Positions 1-9,935 of a stretch of 64,000 bases of DNA are shown piece after piece. Under the pieces are notes generated by a model. It made no database searches and was not told where the DNA came from. It worked only from the letters and a program-made list of their open reading frames with translations. Both the position numbers and the translations under genes were made by a program. Each line of letters begins with the position of its first letter. The stretch's first letter is position 1. Location: positions 1,440,001 through 1,504,000 of the forward strand of contig OY729416.1 of NCBI GenBank assembly GCA_963422265.1, in the 5' to 3' direction. This DNA is from Thermodesulfobacteriota bacterium (GTDB taxonomy: Bacteria; Desulfobacterota_D; UBA1144; Nemesobacterales; UBA2774).

Positions 1-1
1 C

Positions 2-793
2 AAAGTAGATGGACTGAACATTATAGGAGAAGACGGAGTAGAAGACGCGAGCGAGTTCGACTACGTTTACTGGATGGGATGTTACGGCGGTTACGATCCC
101 AGGGGACAGAAGATAGCGGAATCCGTTGTAAGCCTATTAATGCAGGCAGGGGTTAGATTCGCCGTTCTCGGTCAGATGGAAAGCTGCTCAGGCGATCCAG
201 CTAGAAGGCTAGGAGAAGAAGCTCTTTATCAAATGCTTGCCACGCAAAACATTGAAAATCTTAAGGAACTTAAAGTTAAAAAGTTAATAGCCAATTGTCC
301 TCATTGCTTTAATACGATAAAGAATGAGTACCCTCAGTTTGGTGGCAACTTTGAGGTGATCAACCACACTCAACTCTTAAACGACTTGATAAAGCAGGGC
401 AAGCTAAATCCCACTAAGGAAGTTAATGAAAAGGTTGCTTATCATGACCCGTGCTACCTGGGCAGATATAACAGAGTGTTCGACGAACCACGGGAAGTTC
501 TAAGGTCAATACCAGGTCTCAGCCTTGTTGAGCTTGATAGAAGACGCGAAAGAAGTTTTTGCTGTGGTGCAGGTGGTGGAAAGATATGGATGGAGGAAGA
601 CGCTCCGCGCATAAATTGGAACAGATTTGAGGAGGTTGAATCTAAAAATCCTGACACGCTCGCCGTAGCTTGTTACTTCTGCGACACAATGTTTGAAGAC
701 GCATCAAAACACGCTGGGAACGAAAAGATGGAGATAAAGGACATATCCGTTATCTTGAGAGAATCAATAGAACGGCAGGTTAGCAATACCTAA
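2..793 (+). CDS. Fe-S oxidoreductase with two CCG domains (HdrD/GlpC/FadF-like), 5' end outside window
   Basis: Frame is open from position 2 (KVDGLNIIG...YVYWMGC); motifs ESCSGD, NCPHC, YHDPCYLGR, SFCCGAGGG, VACYFC. Confidence 0.88.
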   Translation, partial: KVDGLNIIGEDGVEDASEFDYVYWMGCYGGYDPRGQKIAESVVSLLMQAGVRFAVLGQMESCSGDPARRLGEEALYQMLATQNIENLKELKVKKLIANCPHCFNTIKNEYPQFGGNFEVINHTQLLNDLIKQGKLNPTKEVNEKVAYHDPCYLGRYNRVFDEPREVLRSIPGLSLVELDRRRERSFCCGAGGGKIWMEEDAPRINWNRFEEVESKNPDTLAVACYFCDTMFEDASKHAGNEKMEIKDISVILRESIERQVSNT

Positions 794-1403
794 ATTAAAC
801 AACATATAAACCCCATTGTTTACCGCTTTCCCTCACATGCACACGCTAACTGAAGTGCTGTTGTATAGGATGTTTATCTTATCACCCTTCTTACGCTAAA
901 CAAGTACCATTTCCTGAAGGAAGAAGACAGATGCAAATACCCTTTTAATGAGATTCGTAGATAGGCAGAAAACATCCTAACCTACTGCTATTATTAGATA
1001 TTTTAGGCAAGAGAGAGTTTAGTCTTTTAATTATAGTGTAGTAAATGATCCTTCTTTCTATCAATTATAGAACACAAACAACAGATAAATCAATGTACTT
1101 TATCAATACCCTTGCACGTAATTATAGTATCCAAAACAGAACAGCTACTTGTTTTTCTTACTCTTTTTTAACGACAGGTTTGGAGACCGGGACATTTGTA
1201 AGAGTTAATTGATTCTTTACTATTATAGGTCTATGATTCGCTACTATAGTAATAAAAGCTACACGTCTCGAACCAATTCCGTTTTTTAGCTTTGGCTCTG
1301 TGTAACTTACACCCGTAACACCATAGACTTCCCCTTTGTTTATGTTTTGATCCTTTTCGTGAGTTCTATGGTAATGGTGTCTGATCTGCTTTTTCTCGTT
1401 TGT

Positions 1404-1419
1404 CGTTTCACGTGCAACA
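1404..1419. promoter_or_regulatory. parS-like site
   Basis: cgtttcacgtgcaaca vs consensus tgtttcacgtgaaaca (14/16). Confidence 0.65.
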
Positions 1420-1543
1420 TGTCCTTTATTATTGTTGCATGGATTTTAGAGAATTCCGTCTCTTACATTGATATCTGCATAGGGCTTACTTCAACAGATT
1501 TTACTTATCTTGTAAATATAACCTATGGGGTTAAGCTTTCCCC

Positions 1544-2782
1544 ATGTATGAAACGACTTTGTACTCATCTCTCTTCTTAGACTCAGGAGGGGGCTGGCTA
1601 GGAAATTCTAACGTAAAAAATTCGTATATTCAGTTTAGTCGGCCTGAAGTTACCTTTTATTTTGATAACGGTCTTGTAACTATTAATTCTAAGGAAGGTG
1701 CTTCCAAATCAAGGTGCGATCCGTTATTGCTACTAGAAGATTTTTTGAAGAAAGGATATATCGCTACTGGCTATATAGGTTACGAGTTCTCTACCCATAC
1801 AGACACAGGTTTTATCCCTAGCTATGCAAAGAATGACAAGAGGTTACCGGATCTGTTTTTTTTGTTATTTAGACCTGACCAGGTGACAATGGGCGATTGG
1901 AGTAACCTTAAAGATGAAACCTGCCAAGCTACTAAGGACGCATATGAGCATGACGACCTATATATATTGTCTAATATGAGCAAGGATGATTATAAAGATA
2001 AGGTGAGATTAGCAAAGGGTTTCATAAAGAGTGGGGATATATATCAGGTCAACCTTTCACAGCGCTTTACATGTGCAGCTAAGTTTATTCCGCTCTCCTA
2101 TTTCCTGGAATTGTTTCACGTGCAACATGTTCCCTATGGTTGCTATATGGATTTCGGACAATTTCAGTTGATCAGCGGGTCAATGGAGCTTTTCCTCCGT
2201 AAAAACGGGGAAAATATAGCTACAATGCCAATAAAGGGAACGGCTAAAAGGGGGATTTCACAAAAGGAAGATGTGATGAACAAGACAAAACTGTTAGACA
2301 GCAAAAAGGAGAGAGCTGAGAATTTGATGATTGTTGATCTTATGAGGAACGATTTAAGCAGGATATGCAGACACGGCAGTGTAAAGGTCAATCAATTATT
2401 TAGTATAGAAAGCTATTCTACGCTTCATCAAATGGTATCGGAAGTAGAAGGTAAACTTAAAGACGGAACTAATCTTAGGGATATAATAAGAAATGTTTTC
2501 CCCCCGGGCTCAGTTACAGGAGCTCCCAAGAAGAGAGCTCTTGAGATCATAGACCTACTTGAACCTCATTACAGGGGACCATATTGCGGAACAGTTGGGA
2601 TTTTTTACCCGGATGGAGACTTTACGCTAAGCGTCGGTATAAGAGTGTTGGTAGTAGAGCAAAACACTGCTAGATATTGGGCTGGAAGTGGCATCGTATG
2701 GGATTCTGACCCCGACGAGGAATATGAAGAAACTCTATTGAAAGCGTCTGCGATAAGAAAGGCTTCGGAGATTACAGGCTAA
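1544..2782 (+). CDS. pabB: Aminodeoxychorismate synthase component I (anthranilate synthase component I family)
   Basis: GDIYQVNLSQRF, PIKGT, KERAENLMIVDLMRNDL, FPPGSVTGAPK; followed by a class IV aminotransferase. Confidence 0.88.
   Translation: MYETTLYSSLFLDSGGGWLGNSNVKNSYIQFSRPEVTFYFDNGLVTINSKEGASKSRCDPLLLLEDFLKKGYIATGYIGYEFSTHTDTGFIPSYAKNDKRLPDLFFLLFRPDQVTMGDWSNLKDETCQATKDAYEHDDLYILSNMSKDDYKDKVRLAKGFIKSGDIYQVNLSQRFTCAAKFIPLSYFLELFHVQHVPYGCYMDFGQFQLISGSMELFLRKNGENIATMPIKGTAKRGISQKEDVMNKTKLLDSKKERAENLMIVDLMRNDLSRICRHGSVKVNQLFSIESYSTLHQMVSEVEGKLKDGTNLRDIIRNVFPPGSVTGAPKKRALEIIDLLEPHYRGPYCGTVGIFYPDGDFTLSVGIRVLVVEQNTARYWAGSGIVWDSDPDEEYEETLLKASAIRKASEITG
2112..2127. promoter_or_regulatory. parS-like site inside pabB
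   Basis: tgtttcacgtgcaaca (15/16 to consensus); shares 18 identical bp with the site at 1404. Confidence 0.7.
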
Positions 2783-2798
2783 TTTCCGAGAGGTCAAT

Positions 2799-3611
2799 AT
2801 GAACGAACAAATATACGTGAATGGGGAAGTTGTCTCTAGTGATTTGCCTTTAAGGTCTTTGTTTTATGGCGAAGGGGTTTTTGAAACCTTTCGCTATAAA
2901 TCAAAGTTACCTGCTTATTTCCACAAGCATTATTCGCGAATGAGCCAAGGAGCTACATTAATTAAAATTCCCATACCGGACGCGGTTCACGTTAAAGAAC
3001 TTATTGATAAAGCAAGTTTCAACACTGATATAGAAGACGCCTATGTCAAAGTTTGCCTTCTCTCAGAAGGACGTTCAGAATTCCATAAATATTCTGAGAG
3101 TAGTAAAGCCCTTGTTATCATAAGAGAATATAAAAAGCCACCTGATACCGTAACCGTTTGGGTTAACTCGTTTAATAGAAATTCTTCGTCTCCAATCCTT
3201 CGGATTAAATCTTTAAACTACCTGGAAAATGTTTTAGCAAGACGAGCTGCAATCGATTTAGGGTTTGACGAAGCGCTTTTTTTGAACGATAGGCAAGAGA
3301 TCACCGAAGGGGCGGCGAGCAATATATTCTGGTTGAAAGATGAAGCCCTATTCACGCCATCTCCAGAGTGTGGACTCCTCCCAGGTGTGACAAGAAGCTT
3401 GTTGTTAGACATATCAGCAGAAATTGGATTATACGTTAGAGAGGGTAGATATAGTTTGCAGGATATACTAGGATCAGAATGCGCATTTTTTACGAATTCA
3501 GTTATTGGGGCAGTCAGAATTTCTAAAATAAATGAATCTGAAATGCCCATAGATAATGACGCGTTTACAGTGTTGGCAGTTAAACTAGCCCAAAAATTAA
3601 TGTGGGAGTAG
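2799..3611 (+). CDS. pabC: Aminotransferase class IV, probable 4-amino-4-deoxychorismate lyase
   Basis: YGEGVFET, IKSLNY, EGAASNIF, LLPGVTR; in operon with pabB. Confidence 0.82.
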   Translation: MNEQIYVNGEVVSSDLPLRSLFYGEGVFETFRYKSKLPAYFHKHYSRMSQGATLIKIPIPDAVHVKELIDKASFNTDIEDAYVKVCLLSEGRSEFHKYSESSKALVIIREYKKPPDTVTVWVNSFNRNSSSPILRIKSLNYLENVLARRAAIDLGFDEALFLNDRQEITEGAASNIFWLKDEALFTPSPECGLLPGVTRSLLLDISAEIGLYVREGRYSLQDILGSECAFFTNSVIGAVRISKINESEMPIDNDAFTVLAVKLAQKLMWE

Positions 3612-3980
3612 CAGCACCCCCGCCTGTCCTTATTCTACCTATCTTCATTCACTCTCTCAAAGTATATAAGCTGTTCTTTGCAAAGGTGATTCATACTCTA
3701 AATAACAATTTCCTAACAATGAAAGAAACGATTTGCAATTATGAAACAAAGTCAATTTATTCAATGATAACAGTATATTAGAGCAGAATAACGAGAAGAA
3801 GTTGGTATGAGAAAAGGGTTGGTCAAAAGGTCACCTAGCTAGATACCTCAGCTTAGGGCTTTTTGGTAGATGCGATAAAAACAATCTAGCCTTCATTCAC
3901 TCTCACTCTGGAGTGGAAACGACCAACCTAATAAAACAAGCTTTAAAATTCAAGTTTTATTTGCTAAGATCATAAATAGT

Positions 3981-4142
3981 TTCATTATCTTCACCGCCGA
4001 ACTGCCTAAAACGAGAAGTGGAAAGATAACGAGGAGGTTCTTAAAAACATCGCTGGAGGATCAGTCTGCGAGACACTACAATACTAGCTGACTGATCCAT
4101 TGTGAATGAACTCAAAGGGCAATATGAATATAAGGAGGGTGA
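3981..4142 (+). pseudogene. acs: C-terminal remnant of acetyl-CoA synthetase
   Basis: IIFTAELPKTRSGKITRRFLK, then after frameshifts DTTILAD*SIVNEL; no upstream portion. Confidence 0.75.
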
Positions 4143-4155
4143 TGAGACATATTAG

Positions 4156-4483
4156 TTATTTGACCCGCGCACGTGGAATGTAGGGACTAGTCGGATCGAC
4201 CGCAACTTCCCTGCGACTTGGGTTAATTACCAAATCCATATCTTCCATCGGCACTGCTCCCATCAACACTTCATCACCAAAAACCAGCGCCCCGACGTAG
4301 CAGAATCTCTTGTCAAATGTAATCTTTATGGGTCCAACGTATGGAACGTTTACGCTCTTACCGTCTGTAAACGAGACCTCCCTCATGGATTCAGTGTTGA
4401 GATCAAGTACTTTATACTTTAATAGAGGCTAAATCCTTACGCCTCGAATTGCTTAATTCTATCTCGGCAAAAGCGTATCCCAT
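4156..4483 (-). pseudogene. Clan AA (retropepsin-like) aspartic protease, disrupted
   Basis: RBS plus MGYAFAEIELSNSRRKDLASIKV* then LDLNTESMREVSFTDG...VPYVGP...LMGAVPMEDMDL; the catalytic DTGA segment is missing. Confidence 0.75.
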
Positions 4484-4580
4484 AATCTACCTCGCAAGCA
4501 ACTCTTAATACTATATACATTATTAGCTAAGGCTTGAGAACAGTTAAAAAGAGAGAACAGGTATTTCGTTAGCTGCCTTC

Positions 4581-5251
4581 TTACTTAATGTGTTTTCCCA
4601 ATACACTTTCGACATAATCTGGCGACATAATCTGGAAATTCTTCTTGCACCTTGGATGCCTCTTCACATAAGTGGTCGTATTCAATTACCTCTTTACCAG
4701 ACTATATAATAAATATCTAATCGCCTAATATCTCGCTCACAATATGACTATACGATTCTGGATATGCCCAATAGCACGACTGGCAAGTGTTAACTTCTTT
4801 GACTTTCCAATTTTCACAATTCTCGCAACTCCACGATTTAGCTCTATTGGCGGATGCGCATAAAAGCATATACTCTCTAGGATCATCAGAAAGCTCTCCA
4901 TTAACACATATTACTTCAAATGGGATTCTATGATCAATTTGCAATTCCCTGTCAGAAAACGTCTCAAGATAGATATTGCAACGAGAACCATATCTCTATC
5001 CACTAGTGCAAACTTGAGTTTAGAAGAGAACAATGTCCTACCGGAAAACTGAGTAGCTCGCACTTCCTACTAGTCTTCAATACGACGACCTTTCTACCAT
5101 CTGGACCTGTAACATAAAACTTTATTATCGGAATGCCTTGTTATCTAACATCTCGCACTGCTCACGGTGGATGATTGTAGCCGCATAACTCTTTCAATTC
5201 CTCCGTAGTGACCTAGAGAATGTGATCCTATTACAGCTCTAGGGCGTTTTA
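4581..5251 (-). pseudogene. HNH restriction endonuclease, SphI/NspI-like, multiply disrupted
   Basis: VTTEELKELCGYNHPP*AVRDVR*QGIP...GPDGRK; QIDHRIPF...LLCASANRAKSWSCENCENW...CQSCYWAYPESY; stops, frameshifts and a 13-bp tandem duplication at 4610-4635. Confidence 0.8.
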
Positions 5252-5291
5252 CTTTAATCCTAAAACTTTAGTCTCGAGATTTGGATACTTA

Positions 5292-5516
5292 CTAAACTTC
5301 AATAATGATTTTGTGCGAGTGGCTTTTAAGTTTTTTTAGCCGCTTGGGATTTAAGAAAGATTCCGAGACATTCCTTAATACAACAGTAGCGTTAAACATG
5401 CGAGCCAACTCCACAATCTCATCTAGGCTGTCCTCATATTCAATCACATCTAAAGAAACGTTGAATCCGATTTGTATAAGCTCTATGACTTTTGAAAGGT
5501 TGGGGGGGTCAGACAT
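5292..5516 (-). CDS. Hypothetical protein, 74 aa
   Basis: TGATG stop/start overlap with the AAA gene; protein-like alpha/beta pattern. Confidence 0.65.
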   Translation of the reverse strand: MSDPPNLSKVIELIQIGFNVSLDVIEYEDSLDEIVELARMFNATVVLRNVSESFLNPKRLKKLKSHSHKIIIEV

Positions 5517-6667
5517 CAGGCCATCTCCTGTTTGCCGGATACTAACTTGTCAAGTATTTCATTTTGAATACGTTCAATCTCACCTTTCGCGCGGGAAATT
5601 TCATCTATTGATTTACCTCTCTCCCTACACTCTTCCACAATTCTATCTAGCTCTGAGCCTATGTGCTTTAGCTTTGTCTGCGCCTCTATGCTTGCCTTTA
5701 TAGATATTTCTTCGCTTTCCCATTCGCGTTTTGAATAAGCGTTCAGCTCTCTTGCTTGAATCCGCAATTCCCTTATTCTGTCTTTATAGCCGTAAAGCGC
5801 TTGGTAAATCACCGAACGAATTTCAGATTTCTCTCCAGGATCTCTCCACAGTACGTTTTCCAGCAAACGCAGATCATCCTCCGCTACTTCATCATTGCCA
5901 TTCATGTAGGCTTTTGCCTTAAGTAGAGATACGGACTGCTTATACCTTCTATCTGATGGAGTTATACCTTTTTTGCTGAGCCCTTTTCTGATGCGCGATA
6001 TCAGAATAAGCACGTTTGCAGGCACCCTAACCTCACTCACCTGAGATTGACACCATTTCAACTCTTCCTGAGTTATTCTTATGGACCCATTTTGAACCGA
6101 GTCGCTACGTATCATTTTTAGAAATCTGAAATCCTCTTTTATATAATCAACTACGTATCTAAGTAGAAATCTGTCGTAAAGGGCTTCAAGCTCATCCTCT
6201 TCTGAAGGAAGCTCGTTGCTTGATCCGAAAACTGAAACAAGCGGCACGCTCAAAGCGTCTGTGCCATTATAAAATATCCGTTCGTTCATTACTGTAAGCA
6301 GGGTATTTAGTATTGAAGAGCTAGACTTAAACACCTCGTCCAAAAACGCTATATTAGCTTCGGGCAACTTCCCCTTAACAACCCTTCTATATTCGTCATT
6401 CTCAAGCCCCTTTAGGCTTACGGCGCCAAACAGCTCTTCTGGGGTCGTGAACTTCGTCAGTAGCCACTGAAAATATCGTGCACCCTCAATTCTATTGCAA
6501 AGCTCGTTAGAAAGCTGCGATTTAGCTGTCCCCGGAGGTCCTATCATAAGCAAGTGATTGCGTGTAAGCAGGGCGTAGAAAGCACCCTCTATGACGTCCT
6601 CCCTTTCGTAATACTTATTATTTAGGTCACTTTTTATCTTCGTTAATTTTTCTAAGACTCTCTCCAT
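5516..6667 (-). CDS. MoxR-family AAA+ ATPase, RavA-like
   Basis: GPPGTAKS, LLTKFTTPEELFG, FLDEVFK, ALYDRF, SDRR; coiled-coil C-terminus. Confidence 0.88.
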   Translation of the reverse strand: MERVLEKLTKIKSDLNNKYYEREDVIEGAFYALLTRNHLLMIGPPGTAKSQLSNELCNRIEGARYFQWLLTKFTTPEELFGAVSLKGLENDEYRRVVKGKLPEANIAFLDEVFKSSSSILNTLLTVMNERIFYNGTDALSVPLVSVFGSSNELPSEEDELEALYDRFLLRYVVDYIKEDFRFLKMIRSDSVQNGSIRITQEELKWCQSQVSEVRVPANVLILISRIRKGLSKKGITPSDRRYKQSVSLLKAKAYMNGNDEVAEDDLRLLENVLWRDPGEKSEIRSVIYQALYGYKDRIRELRIQARELNAYSKREWESEEISIKASIEAQTKLKHIGSELDRIVEECRERGKSIDEISRAKGEIERIQNEILDKLVSGKQEMA

Positions 6668-7776
6668 GCTATTATATCGACTACCGTCCTCTTGTTAGAC
6701 TTTGTCTTTTTTAAAATCGCTTCTATAATAGATTTAGTGGGAGCATATACGCCTAAGCTTCCTATAGACCTTACAGTGAAAGTCTCACTTTGCCCAGAGG
6801 AATGCGCAACGCCAGCCAATCCAGCGCTTATTTGAGCAGCCGGTTCTACGTCGTTCGCTATCTCCCTAGCTTTATTTAAGGTAATTATCGGGTCATCTTT
6901 CCTAGCCTCTATAACCCCTTTGGCTATTCTCTCAGCTACGTCGTCTGAAACTTCATTTACGTTAAACGCGTCCTGAGGACGTATCGCCGGCGCGGCTGAG
7001 GCTTTAACCGCGGCTATAATTACAGGCCTTGAAGCAGTGCTGAAATTTATCTTTTTATTATTTGGGTAAATGGTGACGTATCGCTTTATTTTATTGAAAA
7101 GTTCATCATCCATGCCATCTATTAAACGAATCTCTTGAACGCTATCCAACTTGCCGTCTTTTATGCTATAAGGACTTTCAAGACTCAGGTAAAAACCCGC
7201 CTGTGCGCCCTCAGGGTACTGATCATTTATCGCATTCTCTAGCGGAGCGTCAAGCCAGTTCACTAAACTTGCTATAAACCTTTCCGACTTGCCTTGATCA
7301 ATGTTAAGGTATCTAAAAAGCTCTCGTAACTCAATTAGTACCTGCCAGTCGATTGCGTTAGAATCCCTGCTAACTAGGGCATTCAGATTGATCTTAGACC
7401 TTTCATCTGTAACCTTAATGGATGCCCCACCGTTCCCAACTGGGAAAAATGGCACCTCAATTGTCCAATATCCGTCGTCGGAGCTACCACTTCCTCTACC
7501 CAATGCTGTATTTATGTCTATTATCCCTTCAGGTGCTCTCTGCCTAAGGGTTCCAGCCGCAATGTGAACGCCTGATTTAGCTATATAACGCGCTTTAATC
7601 TCATCCCTTGTATTTGACGATATTTCCATATCTATTCGGATAAAGTATATGAGATCGACGACAAGAATCGTGAGAACAGATAAAATTATTATCACTACTA
7701 TCAGCACGATTCCTTTCTCGGAATCCCTTTGTCTAACCGCGTCGTTTAAGTCACGCCTTTTCATATTATCCTGCAC
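6652..7776 (-). CDS. gspK: T2SS minor pseudopilin GspK
   Basis: KG/IVLIVV N-terminus; DERSKINLN, LVNWLD, EIRLIDGM, INFSTA. Confidence 0.9.
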   Translation of the reverse strand: MQDNMKRRDLNDAVRQRDSEKGIVLIVVIIILSVLTILVVDLIYFIRIDMEISSNTRDEIKARYIAKSGVHIAAGTLRQRAPEGIIDINTALGRGSGSSDDGYWTIEVPFFPVGNGGASIKVTDERSKINLNALVSRDSNAIDWQVLIELRELFRYLNIDQGKSERFIASLVNWLDAPLENAINDQYPEGAQAGFYLSLESPYSIKDGKLDSVQEIRLIDGMDDELFNKIKRYVTIYPNNKKINFSTASRPVIIAAVKASAAPAIRPQDAFNVNEVSDDVAERIAKGVIEARKDDPIITLNKAREIANDVEPAAQISAGLAGVAHSSGQSETFTVRSIGSLGVYAPTKSIIEAILKKTKSNKRTVVDIIAWRES

Positions 7777-7896
7777 GGCTTGCGCCGTCCGCTTAGAAGT
7801 AGAATCCTAAAACAGATTTCCTTATTACAGACAAGAAAATATAGATGCTTTTTACGCCTAACCCTTATGCACTCTCTGACAAGTCATATATGGCTG

Positions 7897-8565
7897 TCAA
7901 TTCGCCGCTGGCATCAACACCAGAGAGCTAAATTCAACGTCCTCTCCTCTTATATCTCTCATAACTAATCGCACCCTAACTGCCTTTGGCAAAGTGGAAG
8001 TTATGCTAGAGTCCCACTCCAATAAGTATTTATCATCAAATTTGTCTGGTCTTGGATCTTTTGGATTTAGAGGGTGCGCAAGGTCAAATCGGACGATCCT
8101 CTCGGATAATGTATATTGAGTGTTATTCTCCACTCCTAATACAGGTTTATTACCTCTAACAAGAGCGAAGAGATCGGCAGGGTCCTCTAACGGCTTTACA
8201 AAGTAGCTTATCTCAGTTTGATCAGATTCCCGATGATTAAAAGAAGGATTTCCAGACAAGGAAGTAAATTCCAATGAGCTGTTTCCATACTCTCGTTTTG
8301 CTAGAAAAAATTGAGAATTGGCATTATCTAATTGTGAATTAACACGTTTTATCGGGTGCGCGGATGCCAGGTCTTTTGTTATTCTTGACATTATAGCGTT
8401 TGCTTCGTGGTAAAACTCAAGCTCTTCTTCGGTTCTTTCCTTCGCTTTAATTATCTGAAAGAAAGAGACATAGAGAACGGTTAGGACTATAGACCCAATA
8501 AATATAGCTATAAGTACCTCAATAAGGGTAAATCCCTCATTTGTAGTTCGACATAGCAGTCGCAA
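7897..8565 (-). CDS. gspJ: T2SS minor pseudopilin GspJ
   Basis: G/FTLIEVLIA prepilin motif; WDS...LPKAVRVRL C-terminus; position in operon. Confidence 0.85.
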   Translation of the reverse strand: MRLLCRTTNEGFTLIEVLIAIFIGSIVLTVLYVSFFQIIKAKERTEEELEFYHEANAIMSRITKDLASAHPIKRVNSQLDNANSQFFLAKREYGNSSLEFTSLSGNPSFNHRESDQTEISYFVKPLEDPADLFALVRGNKPVLGVENNTQYTLSERIVRFDLAHPLNPKDPRPDKFDDKYLLEWDSSITSTLPKAVRVRLVMRDIRGEDVEFSSLVLMPAAN

Positions 8566-9007
8566 CCTTCAACTCCTTATTCCCTTTATCCCAGCTTATA
8601 GTTAGAAGGACAAGTCTTATATCTACCCCAAGGCTTTTTATATTGTAGGGGCTTATAGAAAGATTCCAATCAAATTCAGGATACTCTTTGAACGTTCCGC
8701 GACGTTCACCAACGCTAGGATAGCCTTCAAGTTCTAATTCTACAAGCTTGCTTTGAGCTAATGTTGACGCGACAGACAAGTTTTTTGATTGAAATGCTAG
8801 AGACAAACTCTTATTTACCGCTCCTAAGAGGATCGCAAATGAACCGCTTATAATCGCAAGCGCTACGAGCACTTCGAGCAGAGTAAACCCTTCTTCTCCG
8901 TTGTTTTGCCTAGCGCCCTCAAATGCCCCCTTTTGCTTCCCAATATCTGAATACACAATAGGAACAACACGCTTATTATTTTCTAAGAAGCTCGATGTAT
9001 TCATCAT
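8537..9007 (-). CDS. gspI: T2SS minor pseudopilin GspI (true start may be downstream)
   Basis: G/FTLLEVLVALAI; position between gspH and gspJ. Confidence 0.8.
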   Translation of the reverse strand: MMNTSSFLENNKRVVPIVYSDIGKQKGAFEGARQNNGEEGFTLLEVLVALAIISGSFAILLGAVNKSLSLAFQSKNLSVASTLAQSKLVELELEGYPSVGERRGTFKEYPEFDWNLSISPYNIKSLGVDIRLVLLTISWDKGNKELKVATAMSNYK

Positions 9008-9494
9008 ATACTTTCGTCCTACCCGTATGGGGCTTTGTCTCTAAGGTGTAATGGATTTTATTACTAGTCGTTTCCAAGTGAATAGCGGCGGGTTCTACAA
9101 AGCCAGTAGGTAGAAACAGTATAAATCTCTCAGAGTCTTTGAAACTGGCTCTCGCGAGACTACGCCCGGTTATCACGTCCTTAAAATAAACACCGGAGGG
9201 CAAAACTCTTTTTCTATGAGAGGGATCCGCAGATTTCACGTATCTGTTACCCTGAAGCGTCTCTATCCAATACTCACCAGTTTCTATATTGAATCTAAGT
9301 TTATATATATTTTTCTTAAAAACCGCCTCGTTATATAAATACTTAATCGTTCTGCTAAGGTTACGAGAGGCACTTTTAACTTTCGTTTCACCACCTCCTA
9401 TGTTGATTCTGGGCACGGCAACAAACACGAAAGCGCCTAGTAGCGTAATTACTACTAAAAGCTCAATAAGGCTAAATCCCTCGTCGTTCTTCAT
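8976..9494 (-). CDS. gspH: T2SS minor pseudopilin GspH
   Basis: G/FSLIELLVV; FLPTG motif; follows gspG. Confidence 0.8.
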   Translation of the reverse strand: MKNDEGFSLIELLVVITLLGAFVFVAVPRINIGGGETKVKSASRNLSRTIKYLYNEAVFKKNIYKLRFNIETGEYWIETLQGNRYVKSADPSHRKRVLPSGVYFKDVITGRSLARASFKDSERFILFLPTGFVEPAAIHLETTSNKIHYTLETKPHTGRTKVYDEYIELLRK

Positions 9495-9919
9495 TGCATA
9501 GTGCGGCTTGAAATATCATCATCGCTTTGTTGAACTCCATCCTCGCCAAGCGAGATTATCTCGTAAAAGCCATCGCCAGTTTGGTCTTGGCCTATATAGA
9601 TAAATTCATTTTTCCACCCGTCACGGGGCACCCGATTGCCATCTAAATAGCCCTCCCTAGCGTAACAACAAGGCTCCCTCCCAACGTTCGGCGCTTTCAC
9701 TAATGCTGCAAGACCCTGCTGGGTTTCGGGATAAAAACCATTGTCTAGCTTGAAAAGCTTCAGCGCATTCTCCAAGTTCTTTATCTGGATCTTCGTTTGC
9801 TGACTCTTTGCCTCGTCGAGGCTGCCGATTACGTTAGTTCCCACAATATAGGCAAGCCCGGAGATGATAAGTAAAACTACCATTACTTCAATAAGCGTAA
9901 ATCCACCTTGTAATCTCAT
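9491..9919 (-). CDS. gspG: T2SS major pseudopilin GspG
   Basis: G/FTLIEVMVV, ALKLFKLDNGFYPETQQGL, PRDGW, SLGEDG...DDDI. Confidence 0.95.
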   Translation of the reverse strand: MRLQGGFTLIEVMVVLLIISGLAYIVGTNVIGSLDEAKSQQTKIQIKNLENALKLFKLDNGFYPETQQGLAALVKAPNVGREPCCYAREGYLDGNRVPRDGWKNEFIYIGQDQTGDGFYEIISLGEDGVQQSDDDISSRTMQ

Positions 9920-9935
9920 TTTCTAATCCCTCCTT

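Noticed and set aside
794-1543. Long AT-rich spacer and the 77-aa ORF at 1347
   Set aside because: No recognisable protein in the frames examined; only the parS-like site is supportable
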